This document shows positions 58,456-64,000 of a stretch of 64,000 nt of DNA, piece after piece. The stretch's first letter is position 1; every line of letters starts with the position of its first letter. A model generated the notes under the pieces. That model searched no databases. It had not been told where the DNA came from and saw only the letters and a list, made by a program, of their open reading frames with translations. Source of the DNA: Planctomycetota bacterium (GTDB lineage: Bacteria; Planctomycetota; Phycisphaerae; UBA1845; UTPLA1); the NCBI GenBank assembly GCA_015654675.1, contig JAATGM010000055.1:78305-142304 (forward strand), written 5' to 3'. The position numbers and the translations under genes are program-made.

Positions 58456-60405
58456 GTGAACATGCCCTCGCAGACTTATGCAATCTGGATTCTTCTGGCG
58501 CCGTTGCTGGCCGCCGTACTGATCGGGGCGGTCGGGTTGCGCGGATTGCGCGACAAGTCGCACTGGCTGGCCATTGGCGGCGTTGCGGCGGCGCTCGTTT
58601 TGGCACTGATGCTCTTCGGGCAGATTCGGGCCGTGCCGGAGGAGGCGCGGGCCGACATTTTCACCAGGTCGCACAAGATCTATGAGTGGTTCCGGCCGGG
58701 CTTCGGCGGGCTGGCGTCACTGAAATGGTTTGATTTTGAGTTTCGGATCGATCCGCTGACCGGCGTGATGCTGGTGACCGTGCTCTCGGTCTCATTGATG
58801 GTCGTCATTTATTCGTCGGGCTACATGCGCGACCACCACGGGCATCCGGAGCGCGGGTATGAGCGTTTCTTCGCGTTTCTGGCCCTGTTCATCTTCTCGA
58901 TGTGCCTGCTCGTTCTGGCCGGCAACTTCGTGCTGCTCTATGTCGGCTGGGAACTGGTGGGGTTGTGCAGCTACCTGTTGATCGGGTTTTACTATCCCAA
59001 GCCGAGCGCGGCCGCCGCGGCGAAAAAGGCATTCATCGTTACGCGCATCGGCGACTTCGGCTTCGCGATGGGGATCTTTTTGATCTTCTGGCGCTGCGGC
59101 GATGTGAGTTTTGCATACGTCTTCTCGCAGGCAGGTCTGGCGAAGCTGGTCGGATGGGAGACGCCGGTCGCGCTGCTGCTCTTTTGTGGAGCGGTGGGCA
59201 AGAGCGCGCAGTTGCCACTGCACACGTGGCTGCCGGATGCCATGGAAGGACCCTCGCCGGTCAGCGCGTTGATTCACGCGGCCACGATGGTGACGGCCGG
59301 TGTGTACATGGTGGCGCGTTGCGGGGCGATTTTCACCGAGTCGCCGACGGCGATGGCGACGGTCGCGTCAGTGGGAGCGATCACGGCATTTTTCGCGGCA
59401 ACGATCGCGATTACGCAGTTCGACATGAAACGGGCGTTGGCGTATTCGACGATCAGCCAGCTCGGGTACATGTTCCTTGGGCTTGGAGTGCATGCCGCCG
59501 ATGCGGCCGTGTTTCACCTGTTTACACACGCGTTCTTCAAGTCGCTGCTGTTCCTGGCGGCCGGCAGCGTGATGCACGCGATGGGCGGGTGCATCGACAT
59601 TCGACGGTTCGGCGGATTGGCCAAGGGGATGAAGGTCACGGCGTTCGTGTTCTGGGTCGGCGGACTTGCGCTGGCCGGGTTCCCGTTCCTGTCGGGATTC
59701 TGGAGCAAGGACGAGATTCTGCATGCGGCGCTGGGTGTGTCGCTGCCGCTGGCGATCGTCGGATATGTGACAGCGCTTCTGACTGCTTTCTACACATTCC
59801 GCCTCATCTTCATTGCGTTCCATGGACCGTTGAAGCTGCCGCAAGGCGTCGAGCATGCCCATGAATCGGTTCCCGCAATGACGATTCCGATGTTGCTACT
59901 ATCGATCGGTGCGGCCGGGGCGGGGTATATCGGCCTGCAGCACGGCGGGAAGCTGAATGAGTTGCTTCGAACGGTGCTCGTTGGGCGACTCGAGGAACAT
60001 GCACCCGGCATGGCGCATGTCATGAGTCCCGAGGCGGCCATGGCGATGTCCGGCGTGCTGTCGGCGATTGGCATTCTGTCGGCGTGGTACATCTATCGCC
60101 GCAAGCCGATGATCGCGATGGCGGCGGCGTTTGCGATGCGCGGGCCGTATGAGCTGATCAAGAACAAGTACTACATCGACGAGCTGTACGACGCAGTGAT
60201 CGTCCGGCCGCTGCATGACCTGGGCAAGTTTTGCTATGGGTTTGATCGTTACTTCATCAATGCACTGTTGTGGATCATTACGGCGATTCCGCGGGCGGCG
60301 GGTTTCATGTTGCGAAGTTTGCAACAGGGGGCGATTCAGGGATACGCGATGGGGATGGTGATCGGGTTGCTGGTAATTGTGGTGGCCGTGTTGTCGGCGA
60401 CATAA
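58456..60405 (+). CDS. nuoL: NADH-quinone oxidoreductase subunit L
   Basis: 649 aa ND5-like antiporter subunit with a long C-terminal amphipathic helix region. Confidence 0.9.
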   Translation: MNMPSQTYAIWILLAPLLAAVLIGAVGLRGLRDKSHWLAIGGVAAALVLALMLFGQIRAVPEEARADIFTRSHKIYEWFRPGFGGLASLKWFDFEFRIDPLTGVMLVTVLSVSLMVVIYSSGYMRDHHGHPERGYERFFAFLALFIFSMCLLVLAGNFVLLYVGWELVGLCSYLLIGFYYPKPSAAAAAKKAFIVTRIGDFGFAMGIFLIFWRCGDVSFAYVFSQAGLAKLVGWETPVALLLFCGAVGKSAQLPLHTWLPDAMEGPSPVSALIHAATMVTAGVYMVARCGAIFTESPTAMATVASVGAITAFFAATIAITQFDMKRALAYSTISQLGYMFLGLGVHAADAAVFHLFTHAFFKSLLFLAAGSVMHAMGGCIDIRRFGGLAKGMKVTAFVFWVGGLALAGFPFLSGFWSKDEILHAALGVSLPLAIVGYVTALLTAFYTFRLIFIAFHGPLKLPQGVEHAHESVPAMTIPMLLLSIGAAGAGYIGLQHGGKLNELLRTVLVGRLEEHAPGMAHVMSPEAAMAMSGVLSAIGILSAWYIYRRKPMIAMAAAFAMRGPYELIKNKYYIDELYDAVIVRPLHDLGKFCYGFDRYFINALLWIITAIPRAAGFMLRSLQQGAIQGYAMGMVIGLLVIVVAVLSAT

Positions 60406-60408
60406 GCA

Positions 60409-62145
60409 ATGGACTTTGTAACGAGCCACATACTGTCGATCCTGATCTTCCTGCCAATCGTAGGGGCAGCGTGCCTTTGGGTATTTCCACCGCGCGCGGC
60501 GGCATCAATTCGCCGGGCGGCCTTTGGGATTTCGCTTGCGACGATGGCAGTGGCCATCGCCGCCACGGTGATTTACTACTCGTCGTCTCAGGACGACGTG
60601 CGCGCAGTCCGAGTCGGCAAGCTGGGGCTGGTCGAGCAGCACGATTGGATCGGCGAGTCCGGGATGCCCAACCCGCCACGCGAACGGTGCCACGAAACAC
60701 CGCTGCTCGTGCAGTTCTACGTGGGGGTGGATGGCATCAGTCTGCCGCTGATTCTGCTGACCTCATTGCTGACGCCGCTGGCGATCTGGGCGAGTTTTCA
60801 CGCGATCCAGGATCGAGCGAAGGAATACTACAGTCTGTTTCTGCTGCTGTTCGGGGCGATGCTTGGCGTTTTCTGCTCGCGCGACCTGCTGCTCTTCTAC
60901 GTGTTTTTCGAGTTCACGCTGATTCCGATGTATTTCCTGGTAGGGATCTGGGGCGGGGCGAATCGGCGAAAAGCGGCCGACATGTTTTTCCTCTACACCT
61001 TCGCGGGGAGCGTGTTGACGTTCGCCGGCGTGCTCTACCTGGGCTGGAAGACATACGCCACAGGTGGCGGGTCGTTGCGATTCGATCTTGATTCGCTGTA
61101 TCGGCTGGCGGCACAGGGGCATTTGTCGGCGACCGAGCAAACCTGGTTGTTCCTGGCGTTCTTCGCCGGGTTTGCGATCAAGGTGCCATTGTTCCCGATG
61201 CACACGTGGCTGCCGCTTGCCCACACGGAGGCACCGACGGCGGGCTCGGTGATTCTGGCGGGCGTGTTGCTCAAACTGGGGACGTACGGCTTCCTGCGTA
61301 TGAGCGTGCCGATGCTGCCCGAGGCGGCGGTGAACTGCGCGTCATGGTTGGCGGTGCTTTCGGTGGTCGGAATCATCTACGGCTCACTGGCGGCGTGGGT
61401 GCAGACCGACATGAAAAAATTGGTGGCCTACTCGTCAGTAGCGCACCTTGGGTTCTGCATGCTTGGCATGTTCAGCTTGAAGATGGAAGGGCTGACCGGC
61501 TCGCTGCTCTACATGGTCAATCATGGACTTTCGACCGGGGCGCTGTTCCTGTGCGTGGGAATGATTTACGAGCGCTACCACACGCGTGAAATGTCGAAGA
61601 TCGGCGGGCTGGCGCGGCGCATGCCGGTGCTGACGTTCTTTTTCGTGTTCTTCACGCTTTCCAGCATCGGCCTGCCTGGGTTGAACGGCTTCATCGGCGA
61701 AGTGCTCGTGTTAATGGGAACATTCATTTCGCACACAGCGCAGCGCGGTTCACCGGCCGGTCCGCTTGGGCCGCTCTACGCAGCCGTTGCCGGGACGGGG
61801 ATCGTTCTGGGTGCGGTGTATATGTTGTTTCTGTGCCGCAAAGTATTGTTCGGGCCGCTGCACGAGCCGGAAGATCACGCCGAGCACGAGCATGATGCCG
61901 GCGCGCTACCGATCGATCTGACTGCGCGTGAAGTCAGCATCCTGGTGCCGATTGCGCTGGCCTGCCTCTATATCGGGATTGCACCGAAGCCGCTGTTCGA
62001 ACTCGTCCAGCCGGCGCTCAAGACGCAGGTGCTCGCGCGAGTCGAGCCGGCCATGAAGCCGGAAGGCAGTTTTGCGCGGGTGGCGGGCCGGCCATTGGCA
62101 GTGGCGGAGTCGGCTTCGACTGAACGTTCGGCGAGGGTGCGATGA
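60409..62145 (+). CDS. nuoM: NADH-quinone oxidoreductase subunit M
   Basis: 578 aa ND4-like (WLPLAHTEAPTAGSVILAGVLLKLG). Confidence 0.9.
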   Translation: MDFVTSHILSILIFLPIVGAACLWVFPPRAAASIRRAAFGISLATMAVAIAATVIYYSSSQDDVRAVRVGKLGLVEQHDWIGESGMPNPPRERCHETPLLVQFYVGVDGISLPLILLTSLLTPLAIWASFHAIQDRAKEYYSLFLLLFGAMLGVFCSRDLLLFYVFFEFTLIPMYFLVGIWGGANRRKAADMFFLYTFAGSVLTFAGVLYLGWKTYATGGGSLRFDLDSLYRLAAQGHLSATEQTWLFLAFFAGFAIKVPLFPMHTWLPLAHTEAPTAGSVILAGVLLKLGTYGFLRMSVPMLPEAAVNCASWLAVLSVVGIIYGSLAAWVQTDMKKLVAYSSVAHLGFCMLGMFSLKMEGLTGSLLYMVNHGLSTGALFLCVGMIYERYHTREMSKIGGLARRMPVLTFFFVFFTLSSIGLPGLNGFIGEVLVLMGTFISHTAQRGSPAGPLGPLYAAVAGTGIVLGAVYMLFLCRKVLFGPLHEPEDHAEHEHDAGALPIDLTAREVSILVPIALACLYIGIAPKPLFELVQPALKTQVLARVEPAMKPEGSFARVAGRPLAVAESASTERSARVR

Positions 62146-63737
62146 TGCTGGCGATGCACCCGATTATTTCGACGCTGGGCCCCGAGCTACTGCTGATCGC
62201 GGGCGCGTCATTCATGCTATTGGCCGGTCTATCGGGGAGCGGCCGGGCGAATCGCGCGTTGCCGGCGTTTGCATTCATCGTGGTGCTGGCGGCCCTGGGA
62301 ACGGCATACATGGGTCGCGAGGGGCCGAGTCAGGCGCCATCGTCGCTGATCGTCGACTCGCTTTCCTGGTATGTGCGGCTGATCACGCTCACGATCGGGC
62401 TGGCGATTTTATTAGTGAACTTTCACGTTCCGGCGGAGAAGGAGCGCGGCGAATTTCTGGCGCTGCTGCTGTTCTCGCTGGCCGGCGTTTTGATGGTCGG
62501 CGTCGCGGACGATCTCATCTTGCTCTTCCTGGCTTTGGAATTGGTGAGCATTCCGACCTACATCCTGATTGCGATGTCGCGCACGGATGTGAAGGCGCAG
62601 GAGTCGTCGGTCAAGTATTTCTTCTTGGGGTCGTTCGCCGCCGCCTTGATGCTGTACGGATTCAGCTTTCTCTATGGGACGGGCGGAACGACCACAATGT
62701 TCGGCTCGTCGGGCGTGGCTTCGCTGGCGAGCCACCTCGCGGCCAACCCGGCGGCAGTTACTGAGCCGCTGACGATGATCGGCCTGTTGCTTGTGTTCGC
62801 CGGGCTGGCGTTCAAGATGACGGCGGTTCCGTTCCATTTCTACGCGGCAGACGTCTATCAGGGCGCGGCGTCGCCGGTTTCGGGGATGCTCGGGTTCGTG
62901 CCGAAATTTGCGGGGCTGGTGGCGCTGATTCGGCTCATGTCGATGTTTGGATGGAGCTTGCCGGCCTCGGCATTCTGGATGCTGTGGGGCGTGGCGCTGA
63001 CGAGCATGACGGTCGGCAATCTGCTGGGTCTAATGCAGCACAACGCGAAGCGGATGCTGGCGTACTCGGGCATCGCCCACACGGGGTACATGCTGGTGGC
63101 CGTACTGGCGGGCCCCGGGCTGGCGGGTGAGACGGGACCGACTCGGAATGGAGTCAGCGCCGCGCTGTTCTACATTGCGGTTTATGGACTGATGAATGTT
63201 GGGGCCTTCGCAGCGCTGGGGTCGATGCGACGCGCGGACAGCGACGATTCGATCGAGGAGGTCGATGATTTGTCCGGCGCCGCAGCGACTTATCCGGGGG
63301 CTTGCCTGGCTCTGGCGATATGCGTTCTAAGCTTGATGGGATTCCCCCCGACGGCCGGTTTTCTCGGAAAGTTCTACGTGTTTTCATCGGCGTTCGCGTC
63401 GGCCGGGGCGTCATCGCATGGTAAGGCGATGGTCTGGCTGGCGATTCTGGGGTTTGTGAATGCGGCTATCGCGGCGGGCTATTACCTTCGGCTCATCGCG
63501 ACCTGCTACCTGCGGCCGGCGACGACGGAACTTCGCAGCGCGGGGCATCGGTCGCTAAGAATCGGCGTTGCAGTTTGCGCTCTGGCGATGCTGGTGCTGT
63601 TTGCACTGCCGGCGCTTGTGACGTCGGAGTCGGAGCCGGCGGGGCAGGTTGCGCGTTCTGCGACGATCGATCGAGCGGGGACAACCGAGGCGGCCGCGGC
63701 GGGGCGCGTGTCGCTCACTGCGGATGCGGGGCGTTAG
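62142..63737 (+). CDS. nuoN: NADH-quinone oxidoreductase subunit N (with ~50-aa C-terminal extension)
   Basis: ND2-like. The ATG overlaps the nuoM stop (ATGA). TAG stop. Confidence 0.85.
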   Translation: MMLAMHPIISTLGPELLLIAGASFMLLAGLSGSGRANRALPAFAFIVVLAALGTAYMGREGPSQAPSSLIVDSLSWYVRLITLTIGLAILLVNFHVPAEKERGEFLALLLFSLAGVLMVGVADDLILLFLALELVSIPTYILIAMSRTDVKAQESSVKYFFLGSFAAALMLYGFSFLYGTGGTTTMFGSSGVASLASHLAANPAAVTEPLTMIGLLLVFAGLAFKMTAVPFHFYAADVYQGAASPVSGMLGFVPKFAGLVALIRLMSMFGWSLPASAFWMLWGVALTSMTVGNLLGLMQHNAKRMLAYSGIAHTGYMLVAVLAGPGLAGETGPTRNGVSAALFYIAVYGLMNVGAFAALGSMRRADSDDSIEEVDDLSGAAATYPGACLALAICVLSLMGFPPTAGFLGKFYVFSSAFASAGASSHGKAMVWLAILGFVNAAIAAGYYLRLIATCYLRPATTELRSAGHRSLRIGVAVCALAMLVLFALPALVTSESEPAGQVARSATIDRAGTTEAAAAGRVSLTADAGR

Positions 63738-63740
63738 TTA

Positions 63741-64000
63741 GCGTACTTCAAGGTGAATGACGATATCGTCGGCGTTGGTCACGCGCCAGACGACCTGGTT
63801 TTGATTTGGGAATGGGCTGGTCACGCGATCGAGCACTGTGATGATGAGCGTCCCGCCTTTGACGTATTCAAATGAGCGGGCGGTCAGGTCATTCAGGAGC
63901 GGGTCGCGCAAGACCCATTCGGGGCGATTGCTGACGAGTGCGTTGCAGAGCGTATCCTGCGTACGCGAAGCGGGGACTGTGCTTCCGACACTGTAGCGGA
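63741..64000 (-). CDS. hypothetical protein, 3' end only (continues beyond window)
   Basis: The minus-strand frame is open from the window edge to the TAA (plus-strand TTA at 63741-63743). The C-terminus reads ...FPNQNQVVWRVTNADDIVIHLEVR. It converges on nuoN with a 3-nt gap. Confidence 0.3.

Noticed and set aside
34-58463. Long antisense or out-of-frame ORFs in the six-frame track (e.g. 34-861 -, 6087-7190 -, 11039-12169 -, 15924-17225 -, 20473-22299 -, 28050-29474 -, 33273-34163 -, 35016-36095 -, 41123-43102 -, 43184-44320 -, 44937-46298 -, 57399-58463 -)
   Set aside because: Their translations are Arg/Pro/Ser/Ala-rich and low-complexity, with no motifs, and they lie opposite well-supported genes. 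These are the usual stop-codon-poor shadow ORFs of a high-GC genome.
1-64000. Search for CRISPR arrays, transposases, integrases, phage genes and rRNA/tRNA genes
   Set aside because: No short regularly spaced direct repeats, no DDE/tyrosine-recombinase-like ORFs, and no rRNA- or tRNA-like sequences were seen by eye. The repeats present are intragenic at the protein level (propeller blades, beta-helix turns).

Overview
This 64 kb window is high-GC (roughly two-thirds G+C), densely coding chromosomal DNA. The gene content points to Planctomycetota, and the Phycisphaerae/Planctomycetia type is likely, though this is inference only. Supporting signs are a PEP-CTERM sorting-signal protein, dockerin-like C-termini on secreted enzymes, TMTC-like TPR glycosyltransferases, many zinc-ribbon membrane proteins, and a nuo operon that begins at nuoH. 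I call about 50 CDS. The 5' end holds pyruvate kinase, a rhomboid protease, a PQQ-type sugar dehydrogenase, an M48/HtpX-like peptidase divergent from a Spy/CpxP-like LTXXQ protein, and a Tat-exported Fe/Mn SOD. The middle holds nadE, cysE, lpxA, an Rrf2 regulator with a glyoxalase, a SulP transporter, a VapBC toxin-antitoxin pair, and secreted beta-helix and propeller repeat proteins. The 3' end carries a complete nuoHIJKLMN block, most genes joined by ATGA/GTGA start-stop overlaps or very short gaps. I found no rRNA, tRNA, CRISPR array, transposase or integrase. The best candidate for an undescribed system is a tightly packed six-gene operon at 41030-50169. It encodes three consecutive SPFH/band-7 (HflK/HflC-like) paralogues, one fused to a polytopic membrane domain, followed by an ABC ATPase, an ABC-2 permease with a large insertion, and a signal-anchored unknown protein. 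The canonical SPFH partners FtsH and NfeD are absent. The second candidate is a translationally coupled VTC-domain (polyphosphate-polymerase-like tunnel) plus DUF4956 membrane-protein pair, followed by HlyD-like and MFS genes. Other observations: two conserved genes are interrupted by in-frame TAG codons at positions where homologues carry a sense codon. One is a secreted HExxH peptidase, the other the HflK-like gene. TAG is clearly a genuine stop elsewhere in the window. An orphan lipoprotein carries a FlgI (P-ring)-like domain. A promoter-to-terminator unit with non-coding-like composition is a candidate sRNA; it is followed by a 640-bp structured leader. A candidate Rrf2 operator is present. 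Many long antisense 'shadow' ORFs in the six-frame track are high-GC artefacts and are not called.
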